A program made the translations under genes and the position numbers. DNA of 64,000 bases from Eledone cirrhosa (Eukaryota): assembly GCA_964016885.1 (NCBI GenBank), contig OZ024743.1, forward strand, positions 82,956,001 to 83,020,000, written 5' to 3'. Below the pieces are notes generated by a model. That model saw only the letters and a program-made list of their open reading frames with translations. It made no database searches and was not told the origin of the DNA. This document shows, in pieces, positions 39,184 through 53,074 of this stretch (its first letter is position 1; each line of letters begins with the position of its first letter).

Positions 39184-39419
39184 AATATATAAACAACCAT
39201 CTGGTTGTGAAACCAACCAACCAACCGGAAATTTATAAATTCCTAAATTCCTAAATTTATTATAATAAATTGAAGTGAAAGCAACTGGTGTGTGTGTTTC
39301 TTATTGGCAACATGACCCTCCCAAAGTATAACAATAGCGGTTTCAACACACGTTTTCAGATAAAGAATCTTGCTAAACAAATTCAGAAACGAAATATGTA
39401 TATATATATATATATGTAG

Positions 39420-40860
39420 CCAATTAGATAGACTACACAAACGACTTAGGTACATCTTTAAGACCCAAGGAAATTGAACCTAACAGTAGGACAGTAGAAA
39501 TCGAACCTAACAGTAGGACAGTAAACATTTTAGATGTCACCCTAGAATTAGACTCAGGTCTCTACCGCCCATACCACAAACCTAATGAAAATCTTAAATA
39601 CATCAACAGACACTCCAACCAAGGAGCATAATTAACTCAATAGTTAAAAGCGTCTCCAATAGAGTGTCCACCCTGTCGGTTAATAGAAATATCTTCAACC
39701 AGCACGCGGAATACTACAACTCTGCACTTGTAAACGCTGGTTACATTGAGAAGGTTTCTTACATCGACCCAAATAGAACCGTAACGCCGCCAAACATAAC
39801 CGGACCCTTAGAAACGAACATAGAAGAGGTCACCACACCTAGAACAAATAATAACCTAAGACCCTCTGTAGCCGACATGGTAGCCAGCGTCACACACAAC
39901 CGTCAAGGAGATAAAGCCATACTCTCCAACCCCAATAAGGACTCCGACTATCGCTTACATTTACGTAGTAATAGAGACAAAAGACATAACGCCAATAGAT
40001 TACTAGGAACCCCTATGACACATACGCCTGACCAAAACGTACCCATACTACCACCTAACCACAAAAACCCCACTAAACACAGCAGAGCCCGAAGTAGACT
40101 TGTTACATGGTACACGTTGCCACCAATATACCGGGAACCTTCTTCAGGGCTCTTGAACAATCTTTTCCACACACACATAAATACCACAAGCTCTTCAATA
40201 GACACACTGTAACATTCTCTTTCTCCACAGCACCAAATTTAGTCCACACAATAACACACACCAATAGGACAAAAATACGAAAACACATGGTTGCCCCACA
40301 ACAAACCACTACCACAACCCAGAACGAAACCACATACACAACACAACACAACAACCCACATGCCAGCTCCACACAGCACGCCACCAACCGGGAACGTACC
40401 ACCACACCCGTAACACCCGACTGCAACTGCATAAAACGGGCTGAATGCCCACTAAACGGGGTGTGCCTCATAAAAAACATTGTTTATCGGTGTGATGTCA
40501 CTCATATATAGGTGCGACCTCCACTACATTTAAGGAGCGCTGGTATAACCATAGAAGCTCCTTTAAACATAGGCTGAAACGATCCCAAACCAGACTGGCC
40601 GACTTGATCTGGGACCTCAAGGACAAGAACATCGAATCCCAGGTCACATGGTCAGTCAAAAGACGCGTGGCGCAACTCCCCAGTAACAGAAACCTCTGCA
40701 GATTATGCCTGGCCGAGGCGGCAGAAATAATTAAATTTAAATCTGCCATAAACTATAGGTCAGACATAATTGTCAATTGTAGACACACCAGGCTGAACAC
40801 AGTTTCTGCACAAACATTCGGGGGAGGGCCACACACTAACCATGACCCAGTATAATAATA
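39420..40860 (+). mobile_element. Naiad-like Penelope 3' half, frameshifted
   Basis: LDVTLEL..YRPYHKPNENLKYI, FNQHAEYYNSAL..AGY, FPHTHKYHKLFNRHTV, CNCIKRAECPLNGVCL..NIVY, YIGATSTTFKERWYNH, CRLCLAE, CRH. Confidence 0.8.
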
Positions 40861-41722
40861 ACCACCTTTCCCCCGTCTCACCATCCCTCATCTCAGTGAA
40901 TTTATTTTATTGTATTGCATGTAACCATTTGTAAGCCCGTATTTTGTATATCATGCCGCATACATCACCCCCACTAAAAATCACATCGCCATACACCCCT
41001 CATCCTTGCAACATTGTGTTCTATCTGCCCTCTCTGTCAGGTTTTACCTTGCAAACCATAGTAACATCTGATCATATCACCCCATCGCCACCACCACCAC
41101 CACCACCACCACCACCGCACACATTGCTATATGTCTACCATCCCGCACCTGCAACCTTACTCCCTCATGTTCCCTCTGCCTACCCTAACCTACAACCCCA
41201 CGCAAAATTCGATCCTGTAAATGTACTGTCGCACACACCACCACCGCCACCACTAGATACATCCACATACTTCAACAATCATTAACATCATTAACATCAT
41301 CAACACATATCATCTCTCACTCCCATAACGACTGTGTTACATCTGCCCTCTCTCTATGCTTTACCCTGTAACCCACCGTAACATCTGATCATGTAAATAT
41401 ATTGTTGAACATATCACCCCATCACCACCACCACCACCATGACCACAACACACATCGGTATACGTCCACAAACTTTTTCCCCCGTGTTCCCTATGTCACT
41501 TTTTAACCTGTAACCCATCGTATTATTCGATCCTGTATATTTTTGTCACTCACAACTCCACCACCGCCACCACAAGGCACAACTCCATACCTCAACATTC
41601 ATTAACTTCATTACATCGCCCACACATACCTTCCCTCTCGAACCAACGCAAGTCTGTGTGTCTGTGTGTAAGTATTTTATATATGTGTGCGTATATATAT
41701 GCATGTGTATATATATATATAT

Positions 41723-41760
<38 letters not shown>

Positions 41761-42285
41761 CGGAAGAAATGTGGTAAGGAACCAGGTGGACCATAACGCA
41801 CCAAAGTACTCAATACTTAGGGTAGTAGAGTGGGTAATAGGAACGAGTTGGACCCCGACGGCTGAGCTCAAGCCGTTTCGACGGCTAGTTCTGGACTAAT
41901 TAGCCGTCCAGAATTAGCCGTCGAAACGGCTTGAGCTCAGCCGTCGGGGTCCAACTCGTTCCTATATATATGACCACCACGGAATCTACTAAACATCATA
42001 GGAATTTACCAACATTTCAACCATCCTCTTACGGAATCACTTATATAACTCACCCACACACACACCCAAAACATTTTTTTTCTCCCACACGCCACCTACA
42101 CCCACAACACGCTTAAACCCCACACACACGTGCTTTCCACCACATATTTACACCCTCAGCCTCCTGATTCCTCTCCCCCCCCCCTCTATCCACACACGCA
42201 CAGACACTCCGACCTACACCCCCCCCCCACACACACACACCTCTTCCTGAACATGCAACCCCGTTCTTCCCCCAACCCTTACTTT

Positions 42286-42316
<31 letters not shown>

Positions 42317-42610
42317 GTACACCTACACACACACACCACCTTCAGCCCTCCCCGCTCGGACACCCCGTCTCCCTCTCCCCACTCCACCCGCCACCACCCC
42401 TACACACCCCACACCCTTCCACCACCTGTTTTACCCCTTTTTAATTTCAGTTTATTTTGATCATGCTTTTATATTTATTTTTATTTCATTCCTTTTATTT
42501 TGATCATGCTTTATTTTTATTTTTAATTTCATTCGCACCGTTTCCTTTCGCTATATGTCTCTCCACCACTCCCCTACACACCCTTTGAACTCTGTTCCCA
42601 CACCCTTCTC

Positions 42611-42642
42611 ACCTGAGGAAGGGCTTATGCCCGAAACGTCGT
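42611..42642 (+). ncRNA. Minimal hammerhead motif (PLE type)
   Basis: AC-CTGAGGA-A-GGGC TTAT GCCC-GAAA-CG-TC-GT. Stem I is only 2 bp; AATAAA and (TA)n lie downstream. Confidence 0.55.
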
Positions 42643-42730
42643 TCCCCACCACCACCCCACTCTCCAGAGCGTGAAATTAATAAACATTCGTTGTACTGCC
42701 TCTCTGTTTTGTTCCTGTTCAAATTTTTCC

Positions 42731-42773
<43 letters not shown>

Positions 42774-43584
42774 ATATATGTGTGTGTATATATATGTATA
42801 TGTATATCTGTGTGTATGTGTATGTGTGTATATCTATATGTGTATGTGAGTGTGTGTATGTGTGTATGTATGTATGTGTATGTCTATATGTACAACACCA
42901 TCCCCATTGGCTCTCACCCTCCCCCATCTTTGTACTACGCCACCCCCACCGATACTACCCCCCCTCCTCTCCATATATATCCACACGCGCGCATGCGCAT
43001 ATATATGTGTGTGTATATGTGCATATAGATATATGTACGCGTGGATGCATGTGGGCGCCTGTATGTGTGTGTATATAGGTGTGTATGTATATATGTCAGT
43101 ACATATGCGCATGTATATATATACAACGTATTTGTCAGACTAAGAGTGTCTAGATATGTACCTCGCCATGGACTTGACACCACCAACACACCCACCACAC
43201 CACCACAAACGCCACCACCATAAACAACAACACCACAACCACACCCCACACAATAACCAGCCACAAGTCTACGCCAACCTGTCTACCGACAATCCACCAC
43301 CCCCACATCACAACCCATCCCAGTCAGCGACCGTCACCACCATCTTACGATCACATCCACCCCCTCATACACTACAGGCGGAAGTCAATCCGCCACCCCC
43401 ACACCACCGTCCATCGTAGCCAGCGACCGTCACCAACATCTTATCATCACATCCACCCCCACATACACTACAGGCCAATACATCCCTATGATCTTTTCCA
43501 CCAATCAAAACAACTCATATTGTACAACTTATGAACTTCTGACTTTATCACATAGCATGTATTCATTTTCTTATACCATTTTAA

Positions 43585-43672
43585 AGGGTCTGTCGAGCTG
43601 CCGATTATTGAGTCGGGTAAGATCGATACAGATCGAACCTTGAGCTGATCAGTGGCGAAACGCGCGTCACCT
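43585..43672 (+). ncRNA. Hammerhead motif with damaged core (CTGTCGA)
   Basis: Stem I GGGT/ACCT; stem II GCTGCCGATTA..TGATCAGTGGC; GAAA; palindromic ACGCGCGT; GTC; AATAAA 3 nt later. Confidence 0.6.
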
Positions 43673-43969
43673 ACCAATAAATGTAATGAAGGAGTAACCA
43701 ATCGTCCTTGTTATCCTTTCAATATATATATGTATATATATGTGTCTGTATATATGTATGTGTGTGTGTTATGCGTATGTTTGTGTGTGTGTGTATATCT
43801 ATATTTGTGTTATGTATATGTATACTCTAAATATAAATTATAGCTTTGAAGAATTAGCTTTTAATGAATTCCCTTTTCTATCAACCAATGATCTCTACCC
43901 ATCCCACTCCCTACCCTCTCCTACCACCTGAAGAGACCTATAAATACCATATTTATTTTTCGATACCCA

Positions 43970-44018
43970 GATTCCTGATGATTTCTAAAGAATGAAACAG
44001 TTCTAGTCCTGTAGAATC
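43970..44018 (+). ncRNA. Type I hammerhead motif
   Basis: GATTC-CTGATGA-TTTCTAAAGAAT-GAAA-CAG..CTG-TA-GAATC, then ATTAAA and (TA)n. Confidence 0.65.
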
Positions 44019-44031
44019 TCATCTATATTAA

Positions 44032-44087
<56 letters not shown>

Positions 44088-45303
44088 TTATTTTTTATTC
44101 TTTTATTTTTTATTTTTTATTTTTTATTTTTTATTTTTTATTTTTTTTTTATTTTTATTTTTTTATTTTATTTTTTTATTTTTTATTATTTTTTATTTTT
44201 TTTTTTTTTTTTATTTTACTTTTTTTTTTTTTCTATTTGCTTACTTATTTATTTATTTATATGTGTGTATGTATGCTTGCAAGTATGTGTATGGACATAT
44301 GTGTGTACATGGTTCATATTTGTGCATGTATAACAGGATGCATCCTTCCATGGATGACCCTGTATGACCTTTGTGTGCAGATTTATATGACATTGGGGTA
44401 AGGACAGAGATATATACATGTGTGCGTGTATCTTCTTTGTTGATGTACGTGGACACGGAGGTAATTGGGCGGGTATTTGTTGGAATGTATATGAGCCAGT
44501 GAGTGTGTGTGTGTGTGTGTGTGTCTGTGGGTGTGTGTGTGTATGTGTGTGTGTGTGTGTGTGTGTATGTGCACCTACATAGAGCAGGGTTTGTTTGTTT
44601 GTATGTAGATATATATACATGTGTGTATGTATGTGTGTATGTGTGTTTGTGTCTTTGGAAGTGTGTCTGTCCTTGTGCCTATCAATAAGGACAGGCGTGT
44701 ATGTGTGCGTGTGTGTGTCTATGTATATGTCTGTGCGTGTTTGTGTATATGTGCAGATGTACGCGAACGCTGATATGTGTCCTTGTATGCGTGTACGTGT
44801 GTGTGTGCGTGTGCGTGTGTGTGAGACCGGATGTATGGTGGTATATAGGCAGGCGCCAGGTATAATGGCAGGCGCAAGTGGACGTGTGTGTTGGTGTGTA
44901 TATGGTTGTGGGTGTGTGTGGCTGTGTGTAAGAGAGGGAGTGTGTGTGTGTATATGTATATGGGTGTGTATGTCTACACATGTGTGCGTACATATGTGTA
45001 TGCATATATATGTATGTGTCTGCGTGTGTGTGTATGTGTATGCGTATTTATATGTGTGTGTGTATGTGTGGGTATATATCTGTGAGTGTGAGCGGACTTG
45101 TGAGATACCAAACCCAGCATGAGTCCATTGAAGTGTGTCGGACGGAGAGTAGCTGATGATCAGTGTGGCAGGAAATATTGACCAGAATTTATGATGACGT
45201 AGAAAAACAACAGCCAATGGCAAGACAAGAGTGGAAGATGTTTTTTGAAGGTGTTTTTTGAAGCTAACACCCCAGTGAGAAAATTTGCTCCGAAAGCATT
45301 GCA

Positions 45304-45393
45304 TGTGTCCGAAGAACCCGCAGTTATAGAATCAGGCAGATCCATACAATGATCATGTTTCGAGCTATCTGCTGGCAAAACAATTGTAACACG
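45304..45393 (+). ncRNA. Hammerhead motif, CCGAAGA core; GAAA mutated in this copy
   Basis: Stem I TGTGT/ACACG; stem II GCAG/CTGC; AAAACAATTGTA here versus GAAACAATTGTA in the partial copy at ~50254; AATAAA follows. Confidence 0.55.
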
Positions 45394-45530
45394 CAATAAA
45401 CTGAGTCTAGATGCATCACTGATTTTTCGTTTTTTTATATTATATCACACTCTGCTCTGTAAGAACATAGAGTGCTCAACTGGCATACCGCCTATGGAAG
45501 CACCATAGCTACCATTAAACACACACATAC

Positions 45531-45636
<106 letters not shown>

Positions 45637-45854
45637 AGTTGATGGATGTGAATCCATAATATAGGGACAATTAAATCTCTCCCAAGGTAACTCTATCTCG
45701 TGTTATTGTTTTTATTTTTTACGCTCTTTCCTACGTTCTTCTACACACTATACATCTCATTCTACATTCACTTACATCTCTCTCTTCACCACCAGATCTT
45801 GTTACCCGGAGAATTACCCATCTGCATTGTTGAGGCTTCCAAAACGACCAAAAG

Positions 45855-45899
<45 letters not shown>

Positions 45900-45951
45900 C
45901 AAGAAAGAAGAGTGACATGGTTGGCTATACAATAAGGGCTTTATTCACATT

Positions 45952-46058
45952 GCTGACAATTGTTTCTTTAATCTGGTAGGTCTAGAGTTCGCTAACCGCT
46001 TGATGTTGCGTCAATCGATCTCTAATACTTTGTTTATAACCATTCGTTTCATCGGAGC
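45952..46058 (-). ncRNA. Hammerhead motif, CCGATGA core, long degenerate stem II
   Basis: GCT-CCGATGA..GAAA-CAATTG-TC-AGC, then AATAAA. Confidence 0.5.
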
Positions 46059-46349
46059 GTGCGGAAGTGAGGAAAATACTCAAGGCATGGCTTTTATAGA
46101 GGAGTGGTGTTAAACCAGAACAATAATAAAATAACTAGATAATTGAGATGATCAAATAATAATTGTTTCTACTTTTGGCACAAGGCCAGCAATTACCAGT
46201 GCATTACTGGTACTTTATTTTATCGACCCCGTAAGGATGAAAGGCAAAGTTAACCTCGGCGGGATTTGAACTCAGAATGGCAAGGGCTGTAACTCTATGC
46301 GTCAAAGCATGGCGTCCGATCCTCTACCGATACTGCCATAATAATAATG

Positions 46350-48953
46350 ATTTCATTTATTAGCCACAAGGGCCGACATGTAGGGGACAATACAAAGACA
46401 GGGACAATGGGGGTTTACAATAAGGTCGAGTAAAAGTGCACAATGGCAAGACTAACTTAACAATGAAGATATAAAAAATATAAAAGAAATATGCATAAAT
46501 ATAACAAAATAAATTGCCCGATAGGGGGTGGACGACCCTGGGGTGACTCGGGTACCCCACCAATCCTGAACCACCCTGCGCTTCTAGGGCACCCAGGGAG
46601 AGCACCCTTCTCCTCAAGTTAGCTAGCCTATAGGCGCATGGTCAGAGTAGGCCCATTCACACGAGCCATTCTCGCCACATTCATCCACCTTTTAGCAAAT
46701 GTACTGGGGGGCAGCACTTCTCTCTCCACCATGACCTTCCTTTCCAGGTGAAACTTGAAGAAGTTGATGAGGGATTGGTCGAAGAGAAAAGTGTCTGTCT
46801 TCAGTCCTTTTAATCTGGTCCACCATATAACCTCTTTCGCAACTGCCACCAGACAGAAGAAAATATCCTGCTCTTCCTGACCTAAGGAAGGCGGCGGGTC
46901 GATCTTCACTATGGACTCGGCCGATAGCCGGATTCGTTCCACACGCGACAGTAGCTGTTCGATATAACTCCACAAGTCAGTAATGCACGGACATTGGACA
47001 AGTGCGTGCAGAACGGTTTCGTCGTTCTGTACGCATCTTTGGCAGGTCCGTCTGACAGCACTTCCGTGCCTGTAGAGTTTATCCCGAACCGGCAGTGCTC
47101 CCCCCCCCCCGGTAGCACTGCCAAGCGAGGGATTTCTGGAAATTGTCCATCGTCCCCAACTCGAAGGTCCTCCGGTACCGACTGGTCAGTTCGACTTCGT
47201 CGAGGCCCAAAGCTTCTCCGAGTGCGTCAACGCACTTGCCCACCACTAATCCTCTATAGAACTCGAGAGTGGAAGTTCCACTGATGGCATTGCCCGCTTG
47301 GTAGAGGGCAGTGAGTGCCTGGCAACATTCTAGGTGCCAGTCACCCAGTCTCGGTCTCTTCTTGACCCAGGACTGCAGCTCAGTCAAAGAAACGAGCTGC
47401 GGAAAGGCCCGTCTGATAAACGGCGACCACACCTGTTCACCGTTTAGGCAGAATACCTGGAGATGTCACAGCCTCAACGCATCATTAGCCACGGCATGCC
47501 CAGCCCTCCTCGTAGAGGGTGCTGGCAGCAGATGGACCGCCTCACCAACGGAACTTTTCCCCTCCATAAGAATTTGAAAAGAAGCCGTTCCAACTTGACG
47601 AGGCGCGAACGGGGGCAAGGCATGACGGTCAGGCGGTAGTAGATGACGGACGCGATGTACGCATTCGCCACCTCCGCGCGACCTTTCAGTGATAGCTTCC
47701 TCCCAGCCCATTTTTGGGGTGAGACTGGCTACTCTGCTCGTTACCTCGTCCCAATTCTTTTCCACCTGGAGGTCTGGTCCGAACCAAACCCCGAGCAACT
47801 TTACCGGTCCGTCCGTCCAGCCCCCCACGACGCTGTTGGATGGCATGGGCTTGCCTCTCCAGGTTCCGAGCTGCAAGCCCACCGACTTTTCCGGGTTAAG
47901 TTTGGCTCCTGTCAAACTTTCATATTCCTTCAACAAGGTGCTGACCACCTCGATTTCTGAGGTGTTCGACACCATCATGGTGATGTCGTCCACATAAGGC
48001 GGCACCGCCTTTCCACGTCCCGGTTCGAGCGGGATGCCCTGCAACAGCTCCAGCTTCTGCAGTAAAGGCTCGAGAGTCAATACGTACAGAGGGGAAGAGA
48101 GAAGGCACCCTTGACGGACCGATCGGGAGGGCCGAAATGGTTCCGAGAGGTGGCCATTAACCTTGACCACCAAGCGTGTGCCGCTGTGCATTGCAGCGAT
48201 CCAGCTTCTGAAGACAGGGCCGAAGCCCGCTGCTTTGAGGACAAACTCCAGATACCGATGGTCGACCCTATCGAATGCTTTTGATTGATCTAAATTGATC
48301 AGTGCCCCACCGAAGCCAGGTTTACACCCTACCCTCTCTATGATGTATCGCATGAGGTGGAGATTGTAGTGTATGGACCTGGCTGGGATTGCGCAAGTTT
48401 GCGCCTCTCCAACCAAATCCTTGACGACAAGCGCCAATCTCTTTGCTAACACCTTGGCCAAAATCTTAAACTCTGTGTTGAGCAGAGTTATGGGCCTGAA
48501 GTTGTCTAATGTATCCCTTGTTCTCGTCTTTCCTTATCAGCGTCACCACTCCCCTGCTCACAGAACTGAGAATACTCCCATTCTGCTGCCAGTTGCAATA
48601 GAGTGCTTCGAGGGGATCGGAGAACAAGTCTGGCATATTTACGTAAAGCTCGTAGGGCAGGCCATCCAAACCGTGTGACTTGCACCTCATGCAGCCGACA
48701 AGGGCGTCCTGAATTTCGGCTAAAGTAATCGGCCTTTCGCAGCGCTCAGCGTCGACCGTCGAGATGCGCGGCAAGCCGTTACTCTAATCTCTCTTTTGAG
48801 AGCCCCCCACCATCTGTTTTTGATGATCCCCCCTGTCAACTTTTGTTTAACTAAATTGTTGACTCGGTCCCTGTAAGCCTTACGTGCCGGAAATGACATG
48901 TTCAGCTTCCAGTAACCCGGTCCCAACCTACGCGTTTTATTTAGATCGACCAT
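46350..48953 (-). mobile_element. Decayed, 5'-truncated Tx1-like L1 (diverged relative of 8650-14442)
   Basis: ORF2 pieces GPGYWKLN, KAFDRVDH, VRQGC, YVDD, NFQKSLAWQCYR. Several frameshifts and a ~400-bp internal deletion at ~48780. Confidence 0.9.
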
Positions 48954-49010
48954 AAGAAGAAAATAAGAAAATAATAAGAAGAATATAACGATAACCTGTT
49001 ATCCTGTATC

Positions 49011-49049
<39 letters not shown>

Positions 49050-49054
<5 letters not shown>

Positions 49055-51490
49055 TAGTTAAACAAGATTCAATGAGTATATCAAAGAATGAGTTTTACAG
49101 TAGATTGGAAGCACTCTACGGGAAAATAATTTTCCAGAGTTATTAATATTAAAATACAAATATTAATAAAATAGATGTTCTTTTGATCAATTACATTTTA
49201 TTATACATATTTCGGATGTACAACAGTACATCCTCATCAGACAAAATATAATGATACATGACATACCCTGAGATGTTAATCAAGGTAGTGATTAACCTAA
49301 GAGAAAATTTAACATTTATACCCTAATAATGAGAAAATGCGAAAACGTAATAAATTCAATAGAGAATGTGTGAGTAAGAAAAACGTTGCTTAATGTAACA
49401 GTTATAGAGATTTTAAAATGTATGATACTACAATTTATGTTTATCTAGGAAAACATCTCATGAATTATAACAGTCAATGAGAGCCACTGGAATAGGATTT
49501 ATAGAGAGGGAAAGATAAGGGGGGTAATATATGCAGAAGGAGATTTTTTCCGAAAGTTAAACGGTTAAGTTTGAAAATATTTAATTTATGCTATTTTAGG
49601 GTGAAGAATCAAGATTTTAGGGGTTTTTTTAAATTGCTGGTTATTTATATTTATTAGTTTTGTAAATTCTATAAGTGTGTTAACATTTATAAACTTCTTA
49701 ATTTTATGAGGATAACATTTAAAGGATTTAGCTGGCCAGCGGAAGGGAAAGTTTACACTGTTGAATATTTTCCTAAATGTAAACTTTAACGAAGATAATC
49801 AATGTCAATATATTCGGTATGTAAAGCTTATGAAGTACTTATTGTTAGAAATATTTAAATAACGATTATGTATATAGATATATATTAATGAGCCAGTATA
49901 TTTTAGGTAAATGATAACGAAAAGACAACCTTAACGGTTGGAGCTTCCTGGATACTATCCAGGAAGCTCCAACCGTTAAGGTTGTCATTTTTTCCGGGTA
50001 TGTCAATATTTATTTATAAAACAAATCTGTATTTTATCTGATGAAAGCGCACCATAATTTGCCTTGGTGGCCCTTGAAATATGTATAATAAAATAAATAT
50101 GGTTTTATAAATATAGTTTCCGTTTATTAATATATTGTGTATTTACTCCACTAAACTGTTGAATGCTTTATATCAGTTATAAACATTTTTAAGCTTGTTG
50201 AATCCCAACAAATTAAATATAACCTCTGCATATATATATATATATATGCCGGCGAAACAATTGTAACACGCAATAAACTGAGTCCAGATGCATCACTGAC
50301 TTTTCGTTTTTTTTATAGTATATATATATATATATTTAAAAGTTAAACAAGGTTCAATGAATAAATCAAAGAATGAGTTTTACAATAGATTGGAAGCATT
50401 CAACAGCATGGTTTTCCAGAGTTATTAATATTAATTCAAAATATTAACAAAATAGATATTCTTGTGATCAAGTATATTTTATTATACATATTTCAGAGGT
50501 ACTGAGTTCAACAGTACGTCCTCATCAGATAACATAAGATGATGCATGACATACTCTAACTTAGTAGATGGTTAAGATTCAGTCATGGTAGTGAGTAATA
50601 TATGACAAAACTCAATATTTATATACCTTAATATTGAGAACATGAGAAAAGTATATAATACATACAATAGAGAGTATGCGTGTGAGACAGCTTAAAAAAT
50701 ACTTGGCATCAATATAACTGTTAAATAATTTAAATTACTGAAGAAAGAGGAAAGAAAAGAAAAGCATAGAGGAAGAACGAGATGAGGGGATAATATAGTT
50801 AGTAGGGGCCTAGAAAAACAAAAGAGAGTTGATTACAGAGAGAGAGATAAAGAGGAATAACTTATGTTCAGGTCTTTAGACAATTATCCATATATACAAT
50901 ATATATCTAAACATATCTGGTTGACCGTTAATATTCAAAATATTTAATTTAAGTTAGTTCAGAGTAATGAATAATATTTTAGGTTTTAAAAGTTAATAGG
51001 TATCTGTATTAATATTAAAGTATACTATCAAATTTAATTTCTAAAGTCAAATTTTATGAAATCAAATTTAAAGGATTTACAAACAGGAGAAAGAAAACAT
51101 AATGTTTTTACAACCCCACGAAGGTAAACTTTACCAAATTTATCATATAAAATTGACAACAGTTTATAATTTAGAAAATAATTACCGTTATAATTTTTTA
51201 AGAATTTATGATTAACAATTTGAGTGCCTAAAGGATCAACAGGCCTTATAATTAAACTTTAAAAGGTTTTAATTTTAAATTACATATATGTATTTATCAA
51301 AAAAAATACACAAAGATTATATTGTCTAAAGACTTAAGATGATGCCTTTCAAATATACATAACATAATACAATATAGTAAATAAGTTACTGAAAATATTG
51401 TTAAAAATTAATGTTTTAGATCAATTATTGTAAAAGGATCATTTAATAGATATATACTATAAATATATAAGTCAAAACTTCAAAACTTCA
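49050..51490. mobile_element. Cluster of AT-rich HHR-bearing repeats (three diverged copies)
   Basis: 49050-49920 and 50335-51490 are homologous (minus-sense), and ~50020-50210 is an inverted partial copy. HHRs at 49195-49247(-), 50030-50095(+) and 50476-50536(-). Confidence 0.65.
49195..49247 (-). ncRNA. Type I hammerhead ribozyme
   Basis: ATTTTGT-CTGATGA-GGATGTAC TGTT GTACATCC-GAAA-TATGT-ATA-ATAAAAT; perfect 8-bp stem II. Confidence 0.82.
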
Positions 51491-51492
51491 TA

Positions 51493-52059
<567 letters not shown>

Positions 52060-53074
52060 GCTGTGGTGGAAGGGGAGGGATCAGACCACATTGTATGCTG
52101 CAGATCAGGCCAGCACCGCATAACGCCAGCCATTTTACAAGTTTAAACTATATATAAAGGAATATATACTGATAATATCAGTTGAAAAACTTAAATTTAG
52201 CATATTTGTGTATGTATGTTATATCTTAATATAATTCTGAATGTATTAAATTATATCAGGGACGTTTAACATATGACACCGGTATAATTTAGGAGAGGGG
52301 AAATATTGTCAACACCACCGCGTACTTGCTATCTTAATTAATTCATCTAATTATATCTTGTGTAACAATTATCTCGTGCTAAAGCGAAAGTTGATATTTG
52401 TGCATAACATAAGGTGAGCTACATGTTTCAGGGTAGGTTTTCCATCATCTTCATGATTAAATATTTTATTTCATCAGAAACTACGCTACATCATGAATTG
52501 GTTGTTCCACATTTTACACAGCTGTAAGAAATAGGTTTAAATCACAAACATCTGAACAATTAGTTTTCCGGGTCTTTCTTGACTTTACACTTGGACTTGA
52601 AATATAAAGTATGCATTATTTGTATTGTTAATACAGCAGATATTGTGTACTTTCCTACACTCCGTAGTGAACAATTTTTATTTATTAGTACCACACACAT
52701 ATATATATATACACACAAACAAACATTTTCTTACCTCAACATCAGTCTTACACTGTCATATCTATTCTTACTTTACAGTTGTGTCTACTAAGAGTTCCAT
52801 TACGATCTGTAGCAGAAGAACGACTATTTTACGAGAACATCTGCTATCGGTCATTTATATTTTTTTAAACGTAGAAATAGAAATATTTTTGTCTACAATA
52901 ATATATATGTACCATTTGCATTAGATTCACTTTGCTACAAGAATTCTAGTGGTGTGTAGAAAATATATTTACATTGTATATTATCCACACTTATAAATAT
53001 ATCTAAGAAACTGAACCATAATAGATTATAATCACAGATATTTCTCAACTTTAAAAAAGTCTTCAAGAATTACT

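Larger units (their letters stand above)
35140..39395 (+). mobile_element. Near full-length Penelope-like element with pLTRs; ORF disrupted
   Basis: 35140-35368 repeats at 39168-39395. ORF pieces 35261-35593, 35961-37235 (TDKSG, LYGLRKDHK, RPVCGA) and 37210-38976. Confidence 0.9.
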
